Source: a bacterium
Lineage (GTDB): Bacteria > Bacillota > Clostridia > Christensenellales > UBA1242
Direction: 5' to 3'
DNA: 57,283 nt
Assembly: GCA_024692805.1 (NCBI GenBank)
Contig: JAILMD010000035.1
Coordinates: 1-57,283, forward strand
Under the pieces are notes generated by a model. That model made no database searches and had not been told where the DNA came from. It saw nothing but the letters and a program-made list of their open reading frames with translations. How positions within the stretch are numbered: the stretch's first letter is position 1; the number at the start of each line of letters is the position of its first letter. Of the stretch, positions 9,268 through 18,531 are shown one piece after another. A program made the position numbers and the translations under genes.

Positions 9268-10137
9268 ATGTGGTTTAAGAAAAAACAACAAACCGAACTT
9301 AAAGTTAATAAGAAAGTTAGGCTTGGGCTTGCGCTGGGTGGTGGAGGCGCCAGAGGCGTTGGTCACATTGGCGTTTTAAAAGCATTTAGCGAACTTGGAA
9401 TTGATGTTGACTATGTTTGTGGAACAAGCGCAGGCGCAATTGTTGGTGCGCTTTATAGCTCCGGGCTAACGTGGTATGATATTGAAAAAACTGCAAAATC
9501 GTTAAAGAAAGGCGACATAAAGAAGAAAAATATGTTTTTTATGCCAACCTCAACGGAAAAATTAGAAGAAACAGTGCTTTCAATTTTTGGTAAAGACTTA
9601 ATGTTTAGTGAGCTTAAAAAACCGTTTTGTGCCGTTTCAGTTAACCTTAAAGATGGAAGTGAAGTTATTATAGATAACGGCAGCGTTGCTAAAGCAGTTT
9701 GTGCTAGCAGTGCTGTTCCCGGAGTTTTTAAACCGGTTGTTTATAGAGATATGCACCTTGTTGATGGTGGGCTTGCTAATAATGTTCCTGCTGATGTTGC
9801 AAGGAAGATGGGCGCTAACGTTGTTATCGCAATTGATGTTAATAAAAACAGAGGCCAAGGGACTGAGTCACTTAAAGTTATGAACGTTTTGTCATCAACA
9901 CTTGGCGTTATAATGCAAAAGAATATAGAAACAAAGTTACAATTTGCCGATTTAGTTATAACCCCAGACTTATCCGATTTTTCATCAAGCAAATTAGGTG
10001 ATGTTAGTAAGATGATTGAGCGTGGATATGACGCCGTTATGGAAAATAAAGAAGCAATTTTTAATTTGTTAAATAAAAGACCAAAGAGGAAGAAAATAAT
10101 ATGGCTAATAAACAGCAAGCGAAAAGAAAAGTTTTAA
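9268..10137 (+). CDS. patatin-like phospholipase
   Basis: GGGARG oxyanion hole, GTSAG nucleophile elbow, DGG catalytic Asp motif. Confidence 0.9.
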   Translation: MWFKKKQQTELKVNKKVRLGLALGGGGARGVGHIGVLKAFSELGIDVDYVCGTSAGAIVGALYSSGLTWYDIEKTAKSLKKGDIKKKNMFFMPTSTEKLEETVLSIFGKDLMFSELKKPFCAVSVNLKDGSEVIIDNGSVAKAVCASSAVPGVFKPVVYRDMHLVDGGLANNVPADVARKMGANVVIAIDVNKNRGQGTESLKVMNVLSSTLGVIMQKNIETKLQFADLVITPDLSDFSSSKLGDVSKMIERGYDAVMENKEAIFNLLNKRPKRKKIIWLINSKRKEKF

Positions 10138-11450
10138 TAATTAAACTAGCGCTAATCTTAATTTTGGGTGTTGTTTGTTTTGGATCAATTCTTTTTAGTG
10201 ATCCAATCGAAAGAGCACTTAAAATTGGGGAATATACCCATAGCGCTTCTGCTGACCTTGAAGTTGTCAGCACTTGTGGGCTAAAAATTCATTATATAAA
10301 CGTTGGGCAGGCTGATGCAACTCTTGTTGAATTGCCTGATAACACAAAGTTGTTAATTGATGCTGGCAAAAGCCCAAAGGAAAACACAGATAAACTTTTA
10401 TCATATCTTCAAAATGACTGCAATATTTCAGTTATTGATTATTTGATTTTAACTCACTGCGATGAAGACCACGCTGGTGGGATGGCAGCTGTTTTAGATG
10501 CTTTTGAAGTTAAAAATATTTATAGGCCATTTCAAATTGCTTGTAAAAGCGGAGTTCCAATTGAAGAGGAAGATTTAGGCTATTATTCTACAACGTCTAA
10601 ACAATGTTCAACTAATTGTTATGTTAACTTTATCAAAAAAACTTATAGTGAAACTTATCTTGATAAAACAACTAACACTGTTACTAGCGCTAGAGTTTAT
10701 TTAACTAGCGAAGATTTAATTGAGGGGCTAAGCGATATTGCTTCAACTAACCCTGAAGTTGATTTCACCTTTGAATTTTATGCTCCGCTTAAAACTAGCG
10801 AAACAACACTTGTTACGGTTTCAGATAAAACACAGGGCAGACCTGTTAAAGCATATTTAGATAACAATAACAACGCTAGCCCAATAATGATGCTAACTTA
10901 TAAAACTAACACTTTTGTTTTTACTGGTGACGCTGAAAAAGAAGTTGAGGCTGATTTCTTATCAAAATATAAAACTAATTCAAGCGTTATTAACAAACTT
11001 AACAATATGGTTGTTTATAAAGCGGGGCACCACGGCTCAAATACTAGTTCAACAGCTGAGTTTTTACAGCTTATTAACCCAACTTACACGATTTGCAGTT
11101 GTGACTATAATGTTTATAAGGCTCACCCAGGTGATAAGTTCTTAGAAAGGTGGGAGGCACAAGTTAGTTCTCAAGGAACTAACAGAGTTCAAGAAACACC
11201 ATTTAGAACTGACGTTGACGGAACAATTATTTTCGGAGTTAATGACCAAACGGGCGAATTAGTTTATTGTTCAGGAGTTGAAGCGCAAGGCTTTGTTTTA
11301 AGGTGGAGTTATATAGCGTCAGCAACTTTTGTTGTTTTAGCGGTTATAATTATTTCAGTTAAAATTCATAAGAACAATGTTTTATTAACGGCTAGAAGTT
11401 TAGCTAAGTCAACCAAGAAAGCGCAATCTGTTAGAAATAGAATGAGATAA
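10101..11450 (+). CDS. membrane-anchored MBL-fold hydrolase, ComEC C-terminal-domain-like
   Basis: N-terminal and C-terminal TM helices flank a metallo-beta-lactamase domain (LTHCDEDHAGG, later KAGHHGS). Overlaps the patatin gene by 37 nt. Confidence 0.8.
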   Translation: MANKQQAKRKVLIIKLALILILGVVCFGSILFSDPIERALKIGEYTHSASADLEVVSTCGLKIHYINVGQADATLVELPDNTKLLIDAGKSPKENTDKLLSYLQNDCNISVIDYLILTHCDEDHAGGMAAVLDAFEVKNIYRPFQIACKSGVPIEEEDLGYYSTTSKQCSTNCYVNFIKKTYSETYLDKTTNTVTSARVYLTSEDLIEGLSDIASTNPEVDFTFEFYAPLKTSETTLVTVSDKTQGRPVKAYLDNNNNASPIMMLTYKTNTFVFTGDAEKEVEADFLSKYKTNSSVINKLNNMVVYKAGHHGSNTSSTAEFLQLINPTYTICSCDYNVYKAHPGDKFLERWEAQVSSQGTNRVQETPFRTDVDGTIIFGVNDQTGELVYCSGVEAQGFVLRWSYIASATFVVLAVIIISVKIHKNNVLLTARSLAKSTKKAQSVRNRMR

Positions 11451-11563
11451 AATTTGTCAATATTTTAAGCAAAAATATTTTTTAAAAAATTTTTCAAAAA
11501 CTATTGAAAAAGTAAAAAAGGTGTGATAATATATGCAAAAACCAACAAGGAGGGTAGATCGTT

Positions 11564-11824
11564 ATGGATCAACAAAACTCAAGTTGGATAAAACAAACCT
11601 ATGCAATAAGTGTTCATGACCTTATCAATCAACGTAGGGAATATGAAACAAATCAAGAATTAACGGGTGACGGAAGCTATCAAAAAAGGTTGCAAGATTT
11701 TATTGCGAAAAGAGATGCTTTAATTGAAGCTGAAAACCCAAAACTTGAAAGCAGGCGCGAAAAACTAAGGATTGCCGCTTTAAGAAAACAAGAGGAGCAA
11801 ACGCTTAGTAAAAGAGTTATTTAA
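11564..11824 (+). CDS. hypothetical protein (86 aa, helical, charged)
   Basis: RBS aaggaggg upstream and a tgtgataat extended -10 further upstream. Hairpin terminator directly after. Confidence 0.6.
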   Translation: MDQQNSSWIKQTYAISVHDLINQRREYETNQELTGDGSYQKRLQDFIAKRDALIEAENPKLESRREKLRIAALRKQEEQTLSKRVI

Positions 11825-11827
11825 AAA

Positions 11828-11851
11828 GTTAGCTTTGTGCTAACTTTTTTA
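11828..11851 (+). terminator. rho-independent terminator
   Basis: gttagc-tttgt-gctaac hairpin plus T6. Confidence 0.8.
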
Positions 11852-11908
11852 TTATCTATTGAAATTTTAAAAATGTTGTGATATAATTAAGTTAGGTTAG
11901 GTGAACTT

Positions 11909-12316
11909 ATGAAAAAATATAGTATTAAAGATTTAATTAGAGTTGCAAGTGAAGAATATAAAATAAATGGCGCTAGCCCTTTATTTGAAGTTTGTCAAAA
12001 TATGGTTATTGAATCAAAAGATCCAAAATCAATTTATTTATTTGCTAAGTTTGTTAAGGGCGCCCATATTGGCAAGCTAGAAGAGGCAATTTGCCAAACT
12101 AATAACGCGAAATATATGTTTTTCTTTGCTAATGAAGTTAATTTTTCAAACCCTTATGTCATAGCAGAATCTTTTGTTACTGCTAAAGGGGCAAGAACTT
12201 GGAGAAGCAACTTTACTTGGTTTGTTGAAGATGGCGCCATAGCGCTTGATCGCGCTGACGCAATTCAATATCAAAAAGAGCAAGAAGCGCTTGAAAATAA
12301 ACAACTTAATAAATAA
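11909..12316 (+). CDS. hypothetical protein (135 aa)
   Basis: Own promoter-like tgtgatataat and a weak RBS (taggtgaac). No family recognised. Confidence 0.6.
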   Translation: MKKYSIKDLIRVASEEYKINGASPLFEVCQNMVIESKDPKSIYLFAKFVKGAHIGKLEEAICQTNNAKYMFFFANEVNFSNPYVIAESFVTAKGARTWRSNFTWFVEDGAIALDRADAIQYQKEQEALENKQLNK

Positions 12317-12352
12317 AAAAAGCCTTTAGGTTTTCCTAAAGGCTTTTTTTTT
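12315..12352. terminator. bidirectional terminator between convergent genes
   Basis: agcctttagg-tttt-cctaaaggct 10-bp stem flanked by an A run and a T run. Confidence 0.85.
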
Positions 12353-15300
12353 ATTCTTTTTTATCAGCGCTACTTTTTAATTTGTTATAGCGTTTTATAG
12401 CATAACCTTCTGCGGAAGCAAATAGGCTGTTAGCAAGTTCAGGGTTTTTCTTTGATAATGAGAAATATCTGCTTTGTTTTGAAATAAACTCTTGGTAAGG
12501 AACTGCTGGAAGTGGTGGGTCAATGGTTAGTGGGTTTTCTTGATTAGGGTTAAATCGGTAAGTGTTAAAATAACCTGATTGAACGGCTAATCTTTCTTCT
12601 TCCATTGATTTGCTCATATCTCCGCCATGGTTAATGCAAGGGCAGTAAGCAATTATAATTGCTGGGCCGTTATGATTGTTTGCTTCAACAAATGCGTTAA
12701 TAGTTGCTGGCATATTAGCGCCAAGGCTAACTTGAGCAACATAGCAATTAGGATAATTTCTTGCAATAGCGCCAAGGTCTTTCTTTTGAGTTTTCTTACC
12801 ATTAGCGGTAAACTTAGCAACGGCGCCCATAGGAGTCGCTTTGCTTGCTTGACCACCAGTGTTAGAATAAACCTCAGTGTCAAGAACTAAAACTTTAACG
12901 TTTTCACCAGTTGAAAGAACATGGTCAAGCCCCCCAAACCCAATATCATAAGCCCAACCATCGCCGCCGATTATCCAAGTAAATGAATCAACAAGGCTTG
13001 TTGAAAGGGCAAGAAGTGGGATAAGGTTGGAATTAGTTTTAGCCTCAACGCTAGCTAGTTTCTCGATTTCAAGGGCTAAGGCATTGTCTTTTTTGGTTAA
13101 CCCAAGCCAGGTTTTAAGAAGTTTATTTAACTTCTCGCTTGTTAATTTGTTAGTAACTAAGTTTTCAATAATTGAAACGAGTTGTTCTCTTGAATTTTTC
13201 CTTGACTTATAAATTCCTAGCCCAAATTCAGCATTATCTTCAAAAAGGCTATTAGCCCAAGCAGGGCCCATTCCGTTTTTATCGGTTGTGTAAGGGCAAA
13301 CAGGGAAACTTCCACCATAAATTGATGAGCAACCTGTTGCGTTAGCAATAACCAAGTTTTCGCCGAATAATTGAGTTAATAACTTAATATATGGAGTTTC
13401 ACCGCAACCAGCACACGCTCCGCTAAACTCAAACAATGGCGCTTTAAACTGACTGCCTTTAATTGAGTTAAGAGGAAAGGCTGTTTGAGGGTTAACAACA
13501 TCTTTAATTAGGTTATATTGTTTAGCGCTTTCAGCATAAACCTCGTTTGCGTTTTTCATAACGATTGCCTTATTTTTAGCAGGACAAACGTTAGCGCAAA
13601 CTGAGCAACCCGTGCAGTCAGCAGGGCTGCAAGAAATAGTATAGTTATATCCATTAACGCCTAAAGCAGGAACTTTCTTAATGTTAACTTTATCAGTTGT
13701 TTTAGTTAAATATGGTCTGATTACTGCGTGAGGGCAAGCTAGAGAACACATTCCGCATTGAATACAATTTTCAGGAATCCAAACAGGTATCTCATTAGCA
13801 ATATTTCTTTTTTCAAGTTTGCTTGTTCCCGTTGGAATCTCTCCTGTTGGGTTAAGGCTTGAAACAGGAATATTGTTTCCTTCAAGTTTTTTGATTGGCT
13901 CCATAATGCTATGGTAAAATTCATGGCAATGCTCACTGCAATTAGCGCAGTCATGCTCAAGCCTAGCGGCAGGGGAAGTTTTATTTTCTGCGTTTTTCCA
14001 ATTTGTTGGATATTTAACTTCTCTAAGTGAACTAAGGCTAAGATCAATGGCTTGCATATTTGCTTGCATAACCTTTTCGCCTTTTTTAGAGTAAGACTTA
14101 ATTGCCATATCTTTGATTAAACTTATTGCTTGGCTTTCAGGAAGAATATCAGCAAGTTTAAAGAAACAGGTTTGCATAATAAGGTTAATTCTTCTGTTAA
14201 GCCCTACGCTATCAGCAATTTTTTCAGCATCAATAGAGTAGAATTTAAGGTTCTTTTCAGCAATGGTTTTTCTTACATTAGCAGGGAGGTTTGTTTCCAT
14301 TTCTTCATCGCTATAAGGTGCGTTAAGTAAGAAAACACCATTTTTCTTTATTCCGTTAAGAACGTCAATTCTCTGTAAAAATGAGGTATTATGACAGGCG
14401 ATAAAGTCACTTTCATCAATAAGATAAGGCGCGTTAATCTCAGTTGGACCAAGGCGAAGGTGACTTGTTGTTATGCTTCCACTTTTTTTGCTGTCATAAA
14501 CGAAATATGCTTGGGCATAAAGGTTAGTTTGTTCGCCAATAATTTTAACACTGCTCTTATTAGCGCTAACCGTTCCATCGCTTCCAAGTCCAAAGAACTT
14601 GCAAGAAATTGTTCCTTTAGGAATAATGTTTAACTTTTTATTAATAGGTAAGCTGAGGTTGGTAACGTCATCAGTTATTCCAACAGTAAAATGATTTTTA
14701 GGCCTTGCTTTTATCATATTTTCATAAACGGCGTAAACCATTGAAGGTGTAAATTCTTTGCTTGAAAGACCATATCTTCCGCCTAAAACTTTTATGTTTA
14801 AACCAAGTTCATTAACTGCTGAGCTAACGTCAGTGTAAAGAGGTTCGCCGACTGCTCCGCTTTCTTTTGTTCTGTCAAGAACGCAAAGAACTTTGCAACT
14901 AGAAGGAATTGCGCTTGCTAAACTAGCAGTATCAAATGGGCGATAAACCCTAACATTAATTGAGCCAACTTTAACGCCAAGGTTGTTTAAATATTTAACA
15001 GTTTCTCTGATTGTTATGTTTGAAGAACCCATGCTAATAAAAACATACTCAGCATTAGGGTCACCATAATATTCAAACAATTCATAGTTTCGGCCGGTTG
15101 CCTTTTTAATTTTAGCAAAAACCTTTTTAATTGTTTTTGGTAATGATAAATAATAAGGGTTGCTTGCTTCACTTGTTTGAAAGAAAACGTCTTCATTTTG
15201 AGCCGTTCCTTTTTGGGTTGGGTGAAGCGGGTTAAGCCCAGCATTTTTATGTTCTAAAACAAGCGCAGGGTCAACGAGATCCGCAACCGTTTGCGCACTA

Positions 15301-15854
15301 ATTTCTTCAATTTTATCAATTTGATGACTAGTTCTAAAGCCATCAAAGAAATGAATAAAAGGAACTTTTCCTTCAAGGGCAATAAGATGGCTCGCTAGGG
15401 CCATGTCTTGACATTCCTGTGGGCTTCGGCTTGAAATAATGCCAAACCCTGTTGACCTTGTTGCATAAATATCACTATGGTCGCCGAATATTGATAAAGC
15501 GTGAGTTGCAACCGTTCTCGCGGCAACATGAATAACACAAGGCAAATGTTCGCCCGCGATTTTATACATATTAGGGATCATTAAAAGCAAGCCTTGACTT
15601 GAAGTAAAGGTTGTTGCAAGGCTTCCGGCAGAAAGGGCACCATGAAGCGCACCAGCAGCGCCAGCCTCACTTTGCATTTCAGTTACTTCGCAGATTTTGC
15701 CAAATATATTGGTTTTTCCTTTGGCGCCAAGTTCATCGATATTTTCAGCCATAGGTGAGCTTGGAGTTATAGGATAAATTAAAGCCATATCGCTTAAAAG
15801 ATAGGCCATGTTGCTTGCAGCGGTGTTGCCATCAACTGTTATATATTTTTTCAT
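12351..15854 (-). CDS. nifJ: pyruvate:ferredoxin (flavodoxin) oxidoreductase
   Basis: 1167 aa single-chain PFOR. N-terminus TVDGNTAASNMAY...IYPITPSSPMAE, two ferredoxin motifs (CIQCGMCSLACP, CTGCSVCANVCP), TPP region IIGGDGWAYDIGFGG. Confidence 0.95.
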   Translation of the reverse strand: MKKYITVDGNTAASNMAYLLSDMALIYPITPSSPMAENIDELGAKGKTNIFGKICEVTEMQSEAGAAGALHGALSAGSLATTFTSSQGLLLMIPNMYKIAGEHLPCVIHVAARTVATHALSIFGDHSDIYATRSTGFGIISSRSPQECQDMALASHLIALEGKVPFIHFFDGFRTSHQIDKIEEISAQTVADLVDPALVLEHKNAGLNPLHPTQKGTAQNEDVFFQTSEASNPYYLSLPKTIKKVFAKIKKATGRNYELFEYYGDPNAEYVFISMGSSNITIRETVKYLNNLGVKVGSINVRVYRPFDTASLASAIPSSCKVLCVLDRTKESGAVGEPLYTDVSSAVNELGLNIKVLGGRYGLSSKEFTPSMVYAVYENMIKARPKNHFTVGITDDVTNLSLPINKKLNIIPKGTISCKFFGLGSDGTVSANKSSVKIIGEQTNLYAQAYFVYDSKKSGSITTSHLRLGPTEINAPYLIDESDFIACHNTSFLQRIDVLNGIKKNGVFLLNAPYSDEEMETNLPANVRKTIAEKNLKFYSIDAEKIADSVGLNRRINLIMQTCFFKLADILPESQAISLIKDMAIKSYSKKGEKVMQANMQAIDLSLSSLREVKYPTNWKNAENKTSPAARLEHDCANCSEHCHEFYHSIMEPIKKLEGNNIPVSSLNPTGEIPTGTSKLEKRNIANEIPVWIPENCIQCGMCSLACPHAVIRPYLTKTTDKVNIKKVPALGVNGYNYTISCSPADCTGCSVCANVCPAKNKAIVMKNANEVYAESAKQYNLIKDVVNPQTAFPLNSIKGSQFKAPLFEFSGACAGCGETPYIKLLTQLFGENLVIANATGCSSIYGGSFPVCPYTTDKNGMGPAWANSLFEDNAEFGLGIYKSRKNSREQLVSIIENLVTNKLTSEKLNKLLKTWLGLTKKDNALALEIEKLASVEAKTNSNLIPLLALSTSLVDSFTWIIGGDGWAYDIGFGGLDHVLSTGENVKVLVLDTEVYSNTGGQASKATPMGAVAKFTANGKKTQKKDLGAIARNYPNCYVAQVSLGANMPATINAFVEANNHNGPAIIIAYCPCINHGGDMSKSMEEERLAVQSGYFNTYRFNPNQENPLTIDPPLPAVPYQEFISKQSRYFSLSKKNPELANSLFASAEGYAIKRYNKLKSSADKKE

Positions 15855-15985
15855 AATTTTCCCCTTAAAATTCTATCACTTTTATATTAGTATTAAACAT
15901 AAAAATAGTCAAATCTTTTTTCTTAAAATATTTGCAGATTATAATAGGCGTATGTTATTATTAAATTAAGGGGAGGAGGAATTTT

Positions 15986-16636
15986 ATGATAGTTAACAAG
16001 AAAAATTTATCATTTGATGCTGTTTTTGGTTTAGCCGAAGATATGGTTTATATCAAGTATTTAAAAGAAGCAGTAGCAAAAAATAACGAGCTTAATGAGG
16101 CTAGCAAAAAAGAATGTAAAAAGGGGTTAAATAGCTCAACAAAATTAAGCAATAAAGACCTTGATAAATATTTTGAAAAAAAGAAAGAAGATCTTGAAAA
16201 ACAAATTGAAGATTTAATTAAATATTATAACGGTTATTTTAGAGCCGTAACAATAGGTTATTATGACGTCAAGCATCCTGGTTACTTTGAGCTTTACAAA
16301 AAGCTGGTAAGTAAGTTTTATAGAGTTAATGGTTACAAAGAAGAAATGCAAGGGAAAACTATTTCTTTTGATAAAGAAGAGCCATATCCAGTTGGGGGTC
16401 TTAAAGTTGTTGCATGGCAAGTTTTAAGAGATGTTATTTACTGCTATGGCGTAAAAAATGGCTATTTAGTAATAACCGATTCAGATAAGTTTAACTATGA
16501 AGATAATTTTGGGCATGCTGATGTTGTTAAAGGTGTTGCTTTTGTTGGTATAGATTACCCAATGAAAGATGCAAAAGTTTTTGCTAGAGCAGGCCTTGAA
16601 AAAAAGATTAAAGAAACCCCTGAGTTATTAGGCTAA
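15986..16636 (+). CDS. hypothetical protein (216 aa)
   Basis: RBS ggggaggagg upstream. Ends 1 nt before truA, so probably co-transcribed. No family recognised. Confidence 0.65.
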   Translation: MIVNKKNLSFDAVFGLAEDMVYIKYLKEAVAKNNELNEASKKECKKGLNSSTKLSNKDLDKYFEKKKEDLEKQIEDLIKYYNGYFRAVTIGYYDVKHPGYFELYKKLVSKFYRVNGYKEEMQGKTISFDKEEPYPVGGLKVVAWQVLRDVIYCYGVKNGYLVITDSDKFNYEDNFGHADVVKGVAFVGIDYPMKDAKVFARAGLEKKIKETPELLG

Positions 16637-16637
16637 A

Positions 16638-17372
16638 ATGAAAATTAAGGCAACAATAAGTTATGACGGAACTTCGTTTTGTGGGTGGCAAAAACAGCCT
16701 GGAAAACGAAGTGTTCAAAAAGAGATTGAAAACGCTCTTTTAGTTTTGTTTAACGAAAAAATTGAGGTTAATGCTAGCGGAAGAACTGATGCTGGCGTTC
16801 ACGCTCTTGGGCAGGTAATTTCTTTTGATGCGCCTGATTCAATTAATCCAAATAATTTATTTAGAAACCTTAACGCTCATCTTCCTGAAGACGTTAGGGT
16901 TTTAAAAACTGAAAGGGCTGATGATGACTTTGATGCAAGGTTTAGCGCTAAAACTAAAACCTATGTTTATAAGTTTTATCTTTCGCGATTTGAGCATCCT
17001 TTAAAGCGAGGGCGAGAGTTAAGAATTAACGATAACATTAACGTTGATTTAATGATTAAAAATTTACCTTGTTTAGTTGGCGAACATGACTTTTCAAGTT
17101 TTGTTAGCAAAAAGAGCGGGAAAACGAATTTTGTTAGAAAGGTGACAAGCGCAAAGATTAATAAAATCAGCGATTTTGAATATGAACTTGAAATCAGCGC
17201 TAATGGTTTTCTTTATAACATGGTTAGAATAATTATGGGAACGCTTGTTGATATTGGCGCAGGGCGCGGAGGGGTTGCCCAGATGCAAGAAATATTAGAA
17301 GCAAAGAATAGGGCAAGGGCCGGCAAAACAGCTCCGCCATATGCCCTTTATCTTAAAAGTGTAAGTTACTAA
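16638..17372 (+). CDS. truA: tRNA pseudouridine(38-40) synthase
   Basis: ISYDGTSFCGWQKQ and GRTDAGVHA (catalytic Asp) motifs. Confidence 0.93.
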   Translation: MKIKATISYDGTSFCGWQKQPGKRSVQKEIENALLVLFNEKIEVNASGRTDAGVHALGQVISFDAPDSINPNNLFRNLNAHLPEDVRVLKTERADDDFDARFSAKTKTYVYKFYLSRFEHPLKRGRELRINDNINVDLMIKNLPCLVGEHDFSSFVSKKSGKTNFVRKVTSAKINKISDFEYELEISANGFLYNMVRIIMGTLVDIGAGRGGVAQMQEILEAKNRARAGKTAPPYALYLKSVSY

Positions 17373-17402
17373 TAAAATATATAATAAAAAATTTAAAAAG
17401 TG

Positions 17403-17431
17403 TTGACAAGGCGATAGTTTTGTTGTAAAAT
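17403..17431 (+). promoter_or_regulatory. sigma-A-type promoter for rplM-rpsI
   Basis: TTGACA (17403-17408), 17-nt spacer, TAAAAT (17426-17431). Confidence 0.6.
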
Positions 17432-17435
17432 ACTA

Positions 17436-17500
17436 ACGCAATATGCAGTTCAAGGCTAGTGTTAATCTCACGGAACGCTCACTTTGAAACTATAAAAAAG
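17436..17500 (+). promoter_or_regulatory. candidate ribosomal-protein (L13-type) leader
   Basis: About 75-nt 5' UTR ahead of rplM with possible nested pairing (gttc...gaac enclosing gtg...cac). Position matches the L13 leader of low-GC Gram-positives. The motif itself was not verified. Confidence 0.3.
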
Positions 17501-17510
17501 GAAAAATAAG

Positions 17511-17954
17511 ATGAAAACATATTTACATAATCCCGAGAATAAGTCAACTAAATGGTATCTTGTTGATGCAACAGATATGCCTTTAGGAAGATTAGCCAGC
17601 CAAGTTGCTAGCATACTTCGTGGAAAAAACAAACCAGAATTTACTCCTAGCGTTGATTGCGGTGATCACGTTATTGTTATCAACTGCGATAAAGTTGCTT
17701 TAACAGGTAAAAAGATGGAGCAAAAATTCTATCGTTATCATACTCTTTATATTGGCGGTCTTAAAGAGATTCAATATAGCACATTACTTAGAGATAAAGC
17801 TGACTTTGCCGTTTATGAAGCAGTAAGAGGAATGCTTCCTAAAAACAGAATTGGAAGAAAGATGATAAAGAAACTTCGTTGCTATAAAGATGCAAATCAT
17901 GGGCATGAAGCTCAAATGCCTGAAGCAATTGAACTAAAAGGTAAGAGGAAATAG
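17511..17954 (+). CDS. rplM: 50S ribosomal protein L13
   Basis: KWYLVDA...LGRLAS...[11 protein letters not shown] is a typical L13 sequence. Confidence 0.96.
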   Translation: MKTYLHNPENKSTKWYLVDATDMPLGRLASQVASILRGKNKPEFTPSVDCGDHVIVINCDKVALTGKKMEQKFYRYHTLYIGGLKEIQYSTLLRDKADFAVYEAVRGMLPKNRIGRKMIKKLRCYKDANHGHEAQMPEAIELKGKRK

Positions 17955-17956
17955 AA

Positions 17957-18367
17957 ATGGCAAAGAAATCAAATAAAGCAACACAAATTTGGGCAACAGG
18001 CCGTAGGAAAAAGGCTATTGCAAGAGTTAGAATTATGGAAGGCTCAGGAAAAATCACCGTTAACAAAGTTAGCCTTGATGAATATTTTGCTGGAAATGAA
18101 ATTTTAAAAACTATTGCAACACAAGCTATTAGCCTTGTTGGCGCCCTTGATAAATATGACGTTTTTGTTAACGTTTATGGTGGCGGTCTTTCAGGTCAAG
18201 CTGGAGCAATCAGACATGGTATTGCTAGAGCGCTTGTTTTAGCTAATGAAAACTATAAACCAGAAATCAAAGCTGCTGGCTTCTTAAGCCGTGACCCACG
18301 TATGAAAGAACGTAAGAAATATGGTTTAAAGAAAGCAAGAAAAGCTCCACAATTCAGCAAGAGATAG
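17957..18367 (+). CDS. rpsI: 30S ribosomal protein S9
   Basis: [19 protein letters not shown] and the C-terminal [12 protein letters not shown]. Confidence 0.96.
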   Translation: MAKKSNKATQIWATGRRKKAIARVRIMEGSGKITVNKVSLDEYFAGNEILKTIATQAISLVGALDKYDVFVNVYGGGLSGQAGAIRHGIARALVLANENYKPEIKAAGFLSRDPRMKERKKYGLKKARKAPQFSKR

Positions 18368-18389
18368 TTTTAACCAAATTAAAAATTTT

Positions 18390-18422
18390 AATTCGCAACT
18401 CAATTGGGTTGCGAATTTTTAT
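18390..18422 (+). terminator. rho-independent terminator
   Basis: attcgcaac...gttgcgaat 9-bp stem plus T5. Confidence 0.85.
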
Positions 18423-18531
18423 TTGAATTAAATAAATTCCTTTTAACGAGTAAATTGCTTGACATGTTTTGTCAATATTTTGTATTATTGAATTGGTATA
18501 ATTATCTAGCCAATAATTAGGATAAAGCGAC

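Noticed and set aside
9741-10118. Antisense or shadow ORFs inside known genes. Examples: 9741..10118, 45700..46149, 42307..42690, 2930..3277, 12627..12890, 7046..7309, 51630..52204.
   Set aside because: Each overlaps a confidently identified CDS in another frame or strand. They lack RBSs and have composition typical of out-of-frame translation.
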